Source of the DNA: Bacteroidota bacterium
GTDB taxonomy: Bacteria; Bacteroidota; Bacteroidia; Palsa-965
NCBI GenBank assembly: GCA_003153435.1
Contig: PLYR01000145.1
Span: forward strand, 20,034 to 84,033
Direction of reading: 5' to 3'
Length of the DNA stretch: 64,000 nt
Made by a program: the position numbers and the translations under genes. Positions 39,439 through 48,711 of this stretch are shown here, in pieces (the first letter of the stretch is position 1; each line of letters begins with the position of its first letter). The notes beneath the pieces were generated by a model that saw only the letters and a program-made list of their open reading frames with translations, made no database searches and was not told where the DNA came from.

Positions 39439-40500
39439 ATGTCAAGCACCATTTTACTCATTGAGGACAACACGGCTATGCGGAATAATATTTCAGAAAT
39501 ATTAGAGCTGGCTGGGTATAAGGTATTTCTTGCAGAAAATGGCAAGGTTGGTGTTGATTTAGCTAAAAAGGAAAAGCCGGATTTGATTGTTTGTGATATC
39601 TCCATGCCAGAGTTAGATGGTTATGGCGTTTTGCATATCCTGGGAAAGACTGCCGAGACCTCGGGTATTCCATTCATTTTCCTGACGGCAAAAACCGAGA
39701 AAGCTGATTTTCGAAAGGGTATGACCTTGGGTGCAGATGATTACCTGACTAAACCTTTCGACGATGTGGAACTGTTGGATGTGGTGGCCATTCGATTAAA
39801 AAAAGCATCCCTGCTTAAAAAGGAGTTTGAGAAAACTGCCAAAGGACTCAATGAGTTTATTGATAATGTGAGTGAAAGTCAGGGAATAAGCACCTTTACA
39901 AACAGTCGGAGCCTTAAAACACATAAGAAGAAAGAACTTGTTTTTTCGGAAGGGAATTACCCGATTGGAATCTACCTGGTTAATAAAGGAAAAGTTAAGA
40001 CGTTCAAATCGAATGAAGCCGGAAAAGAACTGATTACCGGTATTCACAAAGAAGGTGATTTTCTAGGCTATGTTCCGCTCTTGGAGGACATTGCTTACAA
40101 TGAATCTGCTGAGGTGCTGGAGGATGCAGAAATTTACATGATTCCCAAACAGGATTTCTTTACTTTGGTTTATAACAATAAAGAAGTATCAAGAAAATTT
40201 ATTCAGTTACTATCCAACAATCTTTCTGAACGAGAAGACCGGCTCATCAAACTGGCTTATAACTCCGTACGAAAAAGAGTGGCAGAAGCCCTGGTCATGC
40301 TTCATGACCGGTACCAGAGTACAAACTCAGCCAAAACCCCAATCTCCATTAATCGTGAAGACCTGGCAGGAATTGTTGGAACGGCTACAGAATCGGTCAT
40401 CCGTACCTTAGGTGATTTTAAAGATGAAAAGCTGATTGAAATTCAAAAAGGAGATATATCTGTTCTGAATATCGATAAATTAACAAAGCTGAAAAATTAA
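39439..40500 (+). CDS. Receiver / cNMP-binding / Crp-HTH fusion regulator. It is a paralogue of the gene at 27480-28541.
   Basis: It has the same three-domain order. The receiver motifs are LLIEDN, DLIVCDISMP, LTAK. The HTH is REDLAGIVGTATESVIRTL. It shares about 55-60% identity with the other copy by eye. Confidence 0.75.
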   Translation: MSSTILLIEDNTAMRNNISEILELAGYKVFLAENGKVGVDLAKKEKPDLIVCDISMPELDGYGVLHILGKTAETSGIPFIFLTAKTEKADFRKGMTLGADDYLTKPFDDVELLDVVAIRLKKASLLKKEFEKTAKGLNEFIDNVSESQGISTFTNSRSLKTHKKKELVFSEGNYPIGIYLVNKGKVKTFKSNEAGKELITGIHKEGDFLGYVPLLEDIAYNESAEVLEDAEIYMIPKQDFFTLVYNNKEVSRKFIQLLSNNLSEREDRLIKLAYNSVRKRVAEALVMLHDRYQSTNSAKTPISINREDLAGIVGTATESVIRTLGDFKDEKLIEIQKGDISVLNIDKLTKLKN

Positions 40501-40512
40501 CTCGATAATGGA

Positions 40513-40545
40513 TTCGGAACTCTGAATAGCACTTAGAGTACCGAA
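40513..40545. terminator. Stem-loop terminator candidate
   Basis: The sequence is TTCGGAACTCT-(11 nt)-AGAGTACCGAA, followed by a T-rich tract (TTGCTTATATTCTTT). It lies 13 bp after the stop of 39439-40500. Confidence 0.45.
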
Positions 40546-40695
40546 TTGCTTATATTCTTTGATTCTATCTCTCTCCTGATTTATCCTGCTTTAAATCATA
40601 CTTATCAATGAGTCCGGTCATTTTACCAGATTGACAATGGAACTAGATTTGTTTAGTTAACAAATTTATGTTTCACATTGATTAAGTATATAAAA

Positions 40696-40962
40696 ATGAA
40701 AACAAGGCAACTTTTATTAAGAGTTCTATTCAGCGCGATACTCATCAATTTTGTCAGTTGTAAAGCCCTTAAGGATTCGCCAAGTACTATGGCCGTTGAT
40801 CCTTTGTGTCCTGTATGTCATATGAAGGTTAGCACCTCAGAGGGATTTAAGTGGAAATATAATGGGCAAACCTATTATTTTGATTCTTACTCTTGCAGGG
40901 AGTCCTTTAAAATGGATCCTGAAAGCATCCTGAAGAAAAATAATTGCGACGTGAAGAAGTAG
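40696..40962 (+). CDS. YHS/TRASH-type metal-binding domain lipoprotein
   Basis: The lipoprotein signal is ...NFVSC. It has DPLCPVCHMKV...YYFDSYSC, which matches the YHS motif (DPVCGM.V...YYFCS..C). The start is placed at the ATG at 40696 rather than the upstream TTG. Confidence 0.55.
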   Translation: MKTRQLLLRVLFSAILINFVSCKALKDSPSTMAVDPLCPVCHMKVSTSEGFKWKYNGQTYYFDSYSCRESFKMDPESILKKNNCDVKK

Positions 40963-41028
40963 GTTGAAAAAACAAGAGAGTTAAAAAGAATCTGTTACTC
41001 CTTTAATTGCAACAGGATAAATAAGAGG

Positions 41029-42306
41029 CTAAGCATTTATCAAGCCGAAAATTTCAGCCGACAACTTTTCCCGAAAATCAGGATGAGCAATTTGGATGAG
41101 TTCCTTTGCCCGGTCTCTCATAGCCTTTCCATACAGATTGGCAATTCCGTATTCGGTAACGACGTAATGAACATGGGCCCGGGTAGTGACAATTCCTGAG
41201 CCGGGCTTGAGCAAGCTTACAATCCTTGACATACCTTTGGAAGTGGTAGCATGAAGGGCGATAATAGGCCTTCCTCCCTCCGATAAAGAGGCGGCACGGA
41301 TAAAATCCATCTGTCCTCCAACACCAGAATACATCCTCGTGCCTATGCTGTCGGCACACACTTGTCCGCTGAGATCAACTTCCAGTGCACTGTTTATGGC
41401 CACCACTTTGGGATTTTGCCGGATGATGTGCGTGTCATTTACATAGGCAGCATCTTCCATTTGGATGAGGGGGTTATCATCTACAAAGTCATATAGCTTG
41501 CGGCTGCCCAGCAGGAACCCGGCCACAATTTTTCCCGGATGTTTTTTCTTCAATTCCCCGGTTATAACCCCTCTTTCTACAAGATCAATAACTCCATCAG
41601 AAATCATCTCGCTGTGAATGCCCAGTTGTTTATGATTTTTGAGTTCTCCCAGAACAGCATCGGGAATTTTCCCGATACCCATCTGAAGAGTAGAGCCATT
41701 TTCAATAAGGCTGGCTATGTATTGGGCAATGCGCTTGTCTTTTTCGTTCGGTTTGGAGGAAGGGCCTTCCGGAATGTCGTCGTTTGATTCTACCAGATGC
41801 TTGAAACGGGAAATGTGTAGCATGCCGGCACCATGTGTTCGCGGCATTTTGGGGTTTATCTGAGCGATCAGACACTTGGCGGTTTCGGCAGCAGCCACAC
41901 CAATATCAATGGATGTTCCCATGCTGCAGTATCCATGTTTGTCGGGAGGAGAAACATGCAGTAAGGCAATATCCAGAGGAATCACCTTTTTCCTGAAGAG
42001 TGACGGCACTTCACTTAAGAAGACGGGAATATAATCTGCCATTCCATTGCTTACGGCCACCCGCATATTGCTGCCAATAAAAAAACAATAGGTCTTAAAA
42101 TGACCTCGGTACTGCTCATCAGCATAGGGGGCATCTCCTTCGGTGTGCATATGATAAATGCTGATGTTTTCAAGTCCTTTGCCTTTTTCAACCATGGCAC
42201 GGATCAGTTGCGATGGAGCCGCCGCGGCCGACTGAATAAAAACACGGGATCCCGATTTCAGTTCGGAAAGGGCCTCTTCTGCCGAGGAGAAAGATGTGTT
42301 ATTCAT
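41029..42306 (-). CDS. Acetyl-CoA hydrolase/transferase family protein (succinyl-CoA:acetate / 4-hydroxybutyrate CoA-transferase-like)
   Basis: It shows family-wide similarity. The N-terminus is SAEEALSELKSGSRVF. The C-terminal region is GGQMDFIRAAS. The start is placed at the ATG at 42306 to limit overlap with the upstream gene. Confidence 0.7.
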   Translation of the reverse strand: MNNTSFSSAEEALSELKSGSRVFIQSAAAAPSQLIRAMVEKGKGLENISIYHMHTEGDAPYADEQYRGHFKTYCFFIGSNMRVAVSNGMADYIPVFLSEVPSLFRKKVIPLDIALLHVSPPDKHGYCSMGTSIDIGVAAAETAKCLIAQINPKMPRTHGAGMLHISRFKHLVESNDDIPEGPSSKPNEKDKRIAQYIASLIENGSTLQMGIGKIPDAVLGELKNHKQLGIHSEMISDGVIDLVERGVITGELKKKHPGKIVAGFLLGSRKLYDFVDDNPLIQMEDAAYVNDTHIIRQNPKVVAINSALEVDLSGQVCADSIGTRMYSGVGGQMDFIRAASLSEGGRPIIALHATTSKGMSRIVSLLKPGSGIVTTRAHVHYVVTEYGIANLYGKAMRDRAKELIQIAHPDFREKLSAEIFGLINA

Positions 42307-43333
42307 TGGATGGATTCTTTGATTCATCTGGATGCATATACCCGGTTTCGTACATCATGACCAACAGGATAAAATAAGACAGCAAAAGAGGGCCGATAAC
42401 AAGCCCCAATAATCCAAAGATCGGAACACCAATAACTACCCCAATAATAGTTATAAGGGGATGTGTATGGGCAATTTTCTTAGAAATATAGGACCTCAAA
42501 AAATTATCAACTACCACTACCAGAGCCAGTCCCCAGATCATGATCCCAACCCCAGCTACGGTATGGCCATAAGCAAGCTCAATAATTCCAGCTGGAATAA
42601 GAATGATGGGGGCGCCAACTACCGGAAGAAAACAAACAAAAATAGAAATGATGCTCCAGAAAAAAGGGTCAGGAATGCTAAAGATTTCAAAACCAATCCC
42701 AACAATGAGTCCCTGACAAACGGCAATCAAACTTTGTCCCAGTACATTCGAATAGGTTACATTTTTCAGCTCTTTGCTGAAGCGTTTGCTCTGTTCAGGG
42801 GAAAATGGAAGATATTTTATGAGTGTATTTTCAAATTCGCGATGTGATACAAGCATAAAGTATAGAAGAAAATAGAGAATTGTTAACATGATAAATAAAT
42901 TAAAGGATTCATTTATCACCGAAGTAAAAGAGCCCAGCGCCCAATCAGAGATATTTTCAAGCCCTTTTTGAATTAGATCCAGCTTGCCGAAATTTGCTCC
43001 CGAATAAGCATTTATCTTGTTTACGATAGCTGCAATTCCGGAAGGATCCTTTTGAAAGAGAATTATTTTACTGAATAACATATACATGAGCAACAGTAGA
43101 GGTAAAATAATCATCAGAAATGAAAGCAGGATGATAATGGCTCCTCCAATTGATTTTCGGATTCGGTGGCGTTCGGTTAGCCAAATAAACATCGGCTTGA
43201 AAAGCGTATATAAAATAACAGCTCCAAGAATGGCTGTAAAAGTGCCTTTTAGGGAGTACAGCAGAAATACTCCAAGAATCAGGATCAGGGCAAAGAAAAG
43301 GTTTTTACGTTGTATGGTGTTGTAAAGAGGCAT
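42299..43333 (-). CDS. AI-2E family (UPF0118/PerM-like) membrane transporter
   Basis: It has eight predicted TM helices. The family motifs are GLALVVVVDNFL..ISKK. The start is placed at the ATG at 43333 (MPLYNT), downstream of the listed GTG. Confidence 0.65.
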   Translation of the reverse strand: MPLYNTIQRKNLFFALILILGVFLLYSLKGTFTAILGAVILYTLFKPMFIWLTERHRIRKSIGGAIIILLSFLMIILPLLLLMYMLFSKIILFQKDPSGIAAIVNKINAYSGANFGKLDLIQKGLENISDWALGSFTSVINESFNLFIMLTILYFLLYFMLVSHREFENTLIKYLPFSPEQSKRFSKELKNVTYSNVLGQSLIAVCQGLIVGIGFEIFSIPDPFFWSIISIFVCFLPVVGAPIILIPAGIIELAYGHTVAGVGIMIWGLALVVVVDNFLRSYISKKIAHTHPLITIIGVVIGVPIFGLLGLVIGPLLLSYFILLVMMYETGYMHPDESKNPSNE

Positions 43334-43529
43334 CGCCTTATTTAAGATTTTTGTTCCCCGCACTTAGGAAGCACAGGAACAAATATATGGTTTACACGGC
43401 ATTCCAGGTATGAGGATAATCAGAATATGGATGATTAATATCATAATTCCCCATATAGTAATTGAAGACATTTATAAGGATTTAAAAAGCATCAATAATT
43501 GAAAACATTTAATTAGCAATCGTGAACCC

Positions 43530-44279
43530 TTGAGCACATTCGAAAAATACAGTCATGCTTGTTTTAAAAGGCTAGACGGACAGCTAAAAAAATACGCCTA
43601 TTCAGATGAACAGGAAGTTTTGCATAGCATTCGTATAGAGCTTAAAAAAATAAAAATGCTGTTTTACTTAATAGCATTTTGTGTTCAGGAATTTGACGCC
43701 CGCAAAAAGTACAAATCCTTTCGAAAAGTGTTTCTGAAAGCCGCCCCAATACGGAAATTGGACGTGATCCATAAACTGCTTATTCAGTTTAATGTGAAAG
43801 ATCCTGATCATATCATTTCAGGAATAAATGGAAAGCAGAAATTGGTTAAAAAGTTCAGGAAGAATATTGGACCATACCGGAAGACCATTCGCAGGACTGA
43901 TGAAAAAATGAAATTGTATTATCGTAAAATAAAAGCAGGTTGTTTTCAAAAATACAGACGCCTGAAAGAATCTGAATTGCGTAAAGAGTTATCCTTAGAT
44001 TTGAGGCAGGATCAATTACACAATATGCGGAAAATGTGTAAGGAAGTGATTTATCTTTCCAATCTGAAAAAGAACGCTGGTTTGAAAAGTGGGAATTATG
44101 ACAAACTTCAGAAACTCATTGGCGATTGGCATGATAAGCAACTGGTTCTTAAAATTCTAAATCCGAAGAGCGGTAATTTCGAATCCAGCGTGACTAAGAA
44201 ATTAAAACGGGTAGCCACCTGGGACGTTAAAAATATACGTAACTTACTAGTGGAGATCAGAAAGAATGGAGACGGGTGA
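43530..44279 (+). CDS. CHAD-domain (conserved histidine alpha-helical domain) protein
   Basis: It is all-alpha and rich in K/R. The conserved His-containing helices are LHSIRIELKKIKMLFYL, IGDWHDKQLVLK. It is 249 aa. Confidence 0.4.
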   Translation: MSTFEKYSHACFKRLDGQLKKYAYSDEQEVLHSIRIELKKIKMLFYLIAFCVQEFDARKKYKSFRKVFLKAAPIRKLDVIHKLLIQFNVKDPDHIISGINGKQKLVKKFRKNIGPYRKTIRRTDEKMKLYYRKIKAGCFQKYRRLKESELRKELSLDLRQDQLHNMRKMCKEVIYLSNLKKNAGLKSGNYDKLQKLIGDWHDKQLVLKILNPKSGNFESSVTKKLKRVATWDVKNIRNLLVEIRKNGDG

Positions 44280-44418
44280 CAAGGACCTTATTCCTTCATG
44301 ACTATTATCATGAGATCAGAAAAAGAAGTATAGGATATTTGTTTAACACCAATATAGTTTAGAATAATTATAAAGCAATTGTACTCAAATCATCAACATC
44401 TTAAAGACCAAAGTAGCT

Positions 44419-45090
44419 ATGGAACAAGAAGAATCTCATTTACATGACATTACCCAAAAAGCGAATGAATATCTCAATTCAAAGTTGGAGTTGGGCCGAT
44501 TGCAGGCTATAGAATACACTTCTATTGCATATGGAACCATAATAAGCAAACTGGTTTTGTTGGGAATCGGTTTTTTGGTTCTTCTCTTTTTAAGCCTTGG
44601 CTTAGCAGCTCTGATTTCGATGTATTCAGGAATAGCCTGGTTAGGTTATATGGTTATCACAGGGACCTATCTGCTTATTTTCATCATCCTTTATACTAGC
44701 CACAAAAGAGGGCTCTTTGCTCGTTTCACGAATCAGTTTATTCAGAATTTTAATGAAAATAAGGATTCTGATATAGACAGTTTACCAAGGTTAAAGAAAC
44801 GGATTTTGGAGTCGGAATCACAAGCGGAGGCGGGACAAGCAGCACTTCAATTGGCTGTGGGGAAATTTGCGGAGAGCCTGAAACCTGAGAATATCATCTT
44901 TAGTATGGTGAGCAATATGATCAGCCGTTTCCTTCATAAGCATCATAAAGAAGAGGAGAAGCACACTTCAGAAGAAAAAAACCGCTCTGAATTCAAGGAT
45001 TCGCTATTGGAACTCTTAACAAAACTTTCTTCTCAGGCTATTTCCAAAGGAGTTGACTTGTTATCGAAAAAAGTATTCAAGAAGGAGTAG
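44419..45090 (+). CDS. Membrane protein with a central TM hairpin (holin-X / DUF1469-like)
   Basis: An N-terminal amphipathic helix is followed by two adjacent TM helices (LVLLGIGFLVLLFLSLGLAALI, GYMVITGTYLLIFIILY). The C-terminal tail is charged. Confidence 0.3.
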   Translation: MEQEESHLHDITQKANEYLNSKLELGRLQAIEYTSIAYGTIISKLVLLGIGFLVLLFLSLGLAALISMYSGIAWLGYMVITGTYLLIFIILYTSHKRGLFARFTNQFIQNFNENKDSDIDSLPRLKKRILESESQAEAGQAALQLAVGKFAESLKPENIIFSMVSNMISRFLHKHHKEEEKHTSEEKNRSEFKDSLLELLTKLSSQAISKGVDLLSKKVFKKE

Positions 45091-45152
45091 GAGTATCATC
45101 TAGATATTTCGAACGGAGATAAATCCCGTGTGCTTCATGCAAGCATAAAATG

Positions 45153-45190
45153 ATAAAGCCCATTGCTTAGATGGGCTTTATCATTTTCGG
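45153..45190. terminator. Bidirectional rho-independent terminator
   Basis: The sequence is ATAAAGCCCAT-TGCTTAG-ATGGGCTTTAT followed by CATTTT. It lies between convergent genes (44419-45090 on + and 45214-46200 on -). Confidence 0.7.
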
Positions 45191-45213
45191 TTTCTGCGAA
45201 TAAGATATTTAGT

Positions 45214-46200
45214 TCACTTATTGGATTTGTCTGAACTGGATTTATTTTCTTTCTCTTGTCTGCGAAAGTAACCCCTTAGAAGGAAATTATGCTTCAATGC
45301 CACCATGCTTGTATCGAAATTGGCAGCACCACTATTAAACTCTATTATAGCCTGGTCTACCTTGTGAACAAGGTTCGTATCCTCAATAAGTGTTTTTATA
45401 CTGCCATTTCCCCGAACGAGTTTGTCTGACATTTCACTTAAATCCCCACTTATATGTGCAAGTTGTTTTCCCGTTGTCCGGATGTCGATGGCAGCATGCT
45501 GCAAATTGCCAGAGAAAGACGTGTCACGGAGGAGTAAGCCAATGCTCCCTTCTCCATTATTAATCCCCCCAACTATTTTATTCAAATTCTTTGTCAACAC
45601 TACCGTATTGTTAGCGGTAAGGCTGATGCTAGTTAATGCCTGTTTTACATTACCAGCAACACTGGTGTCCATTAAAACACTCCAAAGTGAGTTTTTAGAG
45701 CTAATCCGGTTCATCACTATTCTGGCATCTTCAGAAATTACTTCCAGATTATCATTTGTTTTATTCACGGTCCTCATTGCATTGTCAAGTTCAACGAGGG
45801 GCAAGGTTTTAATAACACCCCCTTCTTTAAGGGAAGTTCCTTCCCTGTTTCCTGGAGCAATATTTACAATTTTGTTTCCCATCAGGCCATCTGTTCCGAT
45901 AGAAGCGATCGAGGTAGAAGTAATATAGTTAGCCGACTTATGATCGATTGAAAATTCAGCTCTGATGGCCGTATCTGAAATAATCTCAATTCTGGAAACA
46001 GTACCGATATCGATTCCTCCAAATCTGACGTTATTACCTGCCAGCAAGCCATTGACATTTTTGAAAATGGCACTGAGTTTTACGGTAGATTCGAATACCC
46101 GTCGTTTGCCACCAATGTTATACAAACCGACGATGAAAAAGAGTAATGTTACAATAACAAATACCCCTGTTTTGATGTGCTTTCCTGTTGTAGCTTCCAT
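45214..46200 (-). CDS. mlaD: MCE-family (MlaD-like) lipid-transport substrate-binding protein
   Basis: An N-terminal TM anchor is followed by an MCE domain (VKLSAIFKNVNGLLAGNNVRFGGIDIGTV). It is the last gene of the mlaE-mlaF-mlaD-like operon. Confidence 0.75.
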   Translation of the reverse strand: MEATTGKHIKTGVFVIVTLLFFIVGLYNIGGKRRVFESTVKLSAIFKNVNGLLAGNNVRFGGIDIGTVSRIEIISDTAIRAEFSIDHKSANYITSTSIASIGTDGLMGNKIVNIAPGNREGTSLKEGGVIKTLPLVELDNAMRTVNKTNDNLEVISEDARIVMNRISSKNSLWSVLMDTSVAGNVKQALTSISLTANNTVVLTKNLNKIVGGINNGEGSIGLLLRDTSFSGNLQHAAIDIRTTGKQLAHISGDLSEMSDKLVRGNGSIKTLIEDTNLVHKVDQAIIEFNSGAANFDTSMVALKHNFLLRGYFRRQEKENKSSSDKSNK

Positions 46201-46203
46201 AGT

Positions 46204-46956
46204 TTAATCAAAAAATTGTTTCACATTTTTGTCCTGACTTTGTTTTAATTCGGCATAGGTACCTTCCGCATAACATTTCCCTCCAATAAGTACGACGATC
46301 CTGTTTGCGGTCATCCGCGCACAGTTCATGTCATGAGAGATGATGATAGAAGAGGTATTAAATTTTTCCTGGACATCCAGTATAAGATGATTGATTTCTC
46401 TGGCGGTCACAGGGTCCAGTCCGGTGGTGGGTTCATCATAAAGCATCACTTCGGGGTTAAGAATCAGCGTGCGGGCAATACCTATCCTTTTACGCATACC
46501 CCCTGACAACTCAGCGGGTGACATTTTCTGAGTGCCATTCAGGCCAACGCTTTCGAGGGCATCACTCACCAATTTGTTGACATCGTAGTGCATGTTTTTT
46601 TTCCGGTGTCTTCGAAGTGGAAACTCAAGATTTTCTCCTACGGTCATGGAGTCGTATAGTGCACTGCTTTGGAAAAGAAAACCAATTTTAGACCGCATCG
46701 CATCCAAAGCATCGCGCTTAAGACTTGGTATATCTGTTCCCAGTACTTGAATGGAGCCTCTATCTGCATCAACCAACCTGACGATGCATTTAATAAGTAC
46801 CGATTTACCGGTACCCGACCTGCCCAGAACCACCACATTTTCACCTTTGTTAACGGTCAGGTTAAATCCAGTAAGCACATGATTTTCCCCAAAAGATTTA
46901 CTGACATCTTTGATGATGATCACTGGTGAATTTGTATTTGATGAACCTGTATTCAT
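46204..46956 (-). CDS. mlaF: ABC transporter ATP-binding protein (MlaF-like)
   Basis: The Walker A is GRSGTGKS. The signature is LSGGMRKR. The Walker B is LYDEPTTGLD. The H-loop is present. Confidence 0.8.
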   Translation of the reverse strand: MNTGSSNTNSPVIIIKDVSKSFGENHVLTGFNLTVNKGENVVVLGRSGTGKSVLIKCIVRLVDADRGSIQVLGTDIPSLKRDALDAMRSKIGFLFQSSALYDSMTVGENLEFPLRRHRKKNMHYDVNKLVSDALESVGLNGTQKMSPAELSGGMRKRIGIARTLILNPEVMLYDEPTTGLDPVTAREINHLILDVQEKFNTSSIIISHDMNCARMTANRIVVLIGGKCYAEGTYAELKQSQDKNVKQFFD

Positions 46957-47729
46957 GTAAGATGGAGTAAGTCGGCAATCTGGGCTGCCAGAAGGTCGAC
47001 GATGAAAATAACAAAGGAGGATATGACCACAGCCGCATTGGCCGATCGGCCTACCCCTTCGGTTCCGTTGGTTGTAGTATAACCCTTATAGGAACCTATA
47101 ATTCCAATAACGAAACCGAAAAAAACAGATTTAATAACGGAAGGGAAAACGTCGCCAAAAGTCAATTTGTTAAACACCTGGGTCCAGAACAAATGCATGC
47201 TGGTCACTCCTTTCATATTAACACCTAGATACCCTCCATAGAGTGCAACTACATCACCGAAAATAACAAGCAGGGGAAGCATCAGCGTTGTAGAAAGGAC
47301 CCGGGTGGCTACCAGAAATTTAAAAGGATTTGTGCCGGAAACTTCCATTGCATCAATCTGCTCCGTTACTTTCATGGAACCAATCTCCGCACCAATACTC
47401 GATCCAACCTTTCCTGCGCAGATCAGAGCCGTGATAACGGGGGTAATCTCTCTGACAAGCGATTCGGAAACAATGGAAGGCAGCCATGATTCTGCTCCGA
47501 ACACTTCCAGGGCGGGATGTGATTGGATGGTAATTACAAGTCCCATGATAAATGCTGTAAAAGCAACCAATGGAATAGAGCGGTATCCTATTTCAAAGGA
47601 TTGCCTTAATAACTCTCCATATTCATAGGGAGGCTTAAAGCCTTCCTTTAGAAATCTCCATGAGAACATGGAGATTTCTCCTGCTTCATTCAGGAAATTC
47701 CTAATCGGACGAGTGAACACATTTTCCAT
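46953..47729 (-). CDS. mlaE: ABC transporter permease (MlaE-like)
   Basis: It has an MlaE/Ttg2B-like TM topology. It is 258 aa. There is a 4-bp overlap with the ATPase gene. Confidence 0.75.
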   Translation of the reverse strand: MENVFTRPIRNFLNEAGEISMFSWRFLKEGFKPPYEYGELLRQSFEIGYRSIPLVAFTAFIMGLVITIQSHPALEVFGAESWLPSIVSESLVREITPVITALICAGKVGSSIGAEIGSMKVTEQIDAMEVSGTNPFKFLVATRVLSTTLMLPLLVIFGDVVALYGGYLGVNMKGVTSMHLFWTQVFNKLTFGDVFPSVIKSVFFGFVIGIIGSYKGYTTTNGTEGVGRSANAAVVISSFVIFIVDLLAAQIADLLHLT

Positions 47730-47769
47730 TCCAATGAATCCTTTAATTTTTAAACCAATACCAGGACGG

Positions 47770-48123
47770 CTATTCCAGCCCTGTGGCTTGGTTTTTCAAT
47801 AGTTCAATCTGCTTTCTGGCAACATTTGGGTTTGCGGCACTCCCATTGAGACAAACCATCTGAAATGCAAGGACCGATAGCTTCCAGTCGTAAATGATTC
47901 CTTTATAGGAACATTTATAAACACGTTTGAAGTTCATGTCGAGCGGTATCCCGGCATGCAAACAAAGCTCCATTGCCCGTTTCACAGCTTCATGAAACTC
48001 TTCTATGTCTTCAAAATCCATTTTAGCCGCAGCCTCCGAGGCAAAAAAAACCAAATTGTGTTCCCGGACCTGTTCTCGAAGAAAATCTTCCTGGTTTGAT
48101 AGATATAACTGAATCTCCTCCAT
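47770..48123 (-). CDS. Hypothetical protein at the head of the mla-like operon
   Basis: It is a 117-aa ORF with no recognisable motif. It lies 40 bp upstream of mlaE on the same strand. Confidence 0.4.
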   Translation of the reverse strand: MEEIQLYLSNQEDFLREQVREHNLVFFASEAAAKMDFEDIEEFHEAVKRAMELCLHAGIPLDMNFKRVYKCSYKGIIYDWKLSVLAFQMVCLNGSAANPNVARKQIELLKNQATGLE

Positions 48124-48360
48124 GTTGTTGGGGTTTTAGGTTTCCTGTAATATAATTTTCACCATGCATCATAAAGTGATCGCATGTTTTTAAGGTTTTT
48201 TTGTTTACGAAACAAAGGTATCTGCCTGATTTTGACCTGAAATGATCTTACACGGTAATCTGACTGACCTTCGTCATACTTATATTCAAACAAAAAAATA
48301 CCTAATACAGCTGAAAACAGGGAGGGTATCTTTATTATTTTAATTATAGAATGATAACGC

Positions 48361-48409
48361 TCTTTGAAAAACGGAACCCAATCAATCTGATTGGGTTCCG
48401 TTTTTCAAA
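48361..48409. terminator. Perfect 23-bp-stem hairpin with a 3-nt loop. It is probably the relic terminator of a decayed hsp20 gene.
   Basis: The sequence is CTTTGAAAAACGGAACCCAATCA-ATC-TGATTGGGTTCCGTTTTTCAAAG. The stop codon of the Hsp20 remnant lies inside the stem. Confidence 0.5.
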
Positions 48410-48519
48410 GACACTTGAATTTCTTTCTCGGAAAGAACTTTGCTGATTTCTTTCTTGGGAATTGTTAGGTGCAGGACACCATCCGTGTATTTAGCGTCAA
48501 TTTTATCGGCATTTACAGT
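48381..48519 (-). pseudogene. Remnant of a small heat-shock protein (Hsp20/alpha-crystallin family). Only the C-terminal roughly 45 codons are left, with no start codon.
   Basis: The minus-strand translation is TVNADKIDAKYTDGVLHLTIPKKEISKVLSEKEIQVSLKNGTQSD*. This matches the conserved sHSP C-terminus (..A.Y.DGVL.LT.PKKE..). An in-frame TAA sits immediately upstream, and all frames are closed beyond it. Confidence 0.45.
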
Positions 48520-48711
48520 TTATAGAACAAAACTACTTCACCTGTTAGCTATTCAAAGGGCTGGTCTCAATGCTCAGGATGATTGTTGTCAGAATTGACA
48601 ATTGGCCCAATAAAAGTGCCAGAATGACAGCCTGATTTCTTGCTCAATCTTTAAATAAGACTTCTAATAAAGGATAAAGAGCAAAGGTCCGCCAGAGTTT
48701 GCACTTTCAAC

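Noticed and set aside
41029-42327. CoA-transferase start at 42327 (MNQRIHPMNN...)
   Set aside because: It would overlap the upstream AI-2E gene by 29 bp. The ATG at 42306 gives the family-typical N-terminus (SAEEAL...) with an 8-bp overlap. Either is possible; the shorter one is preferred.
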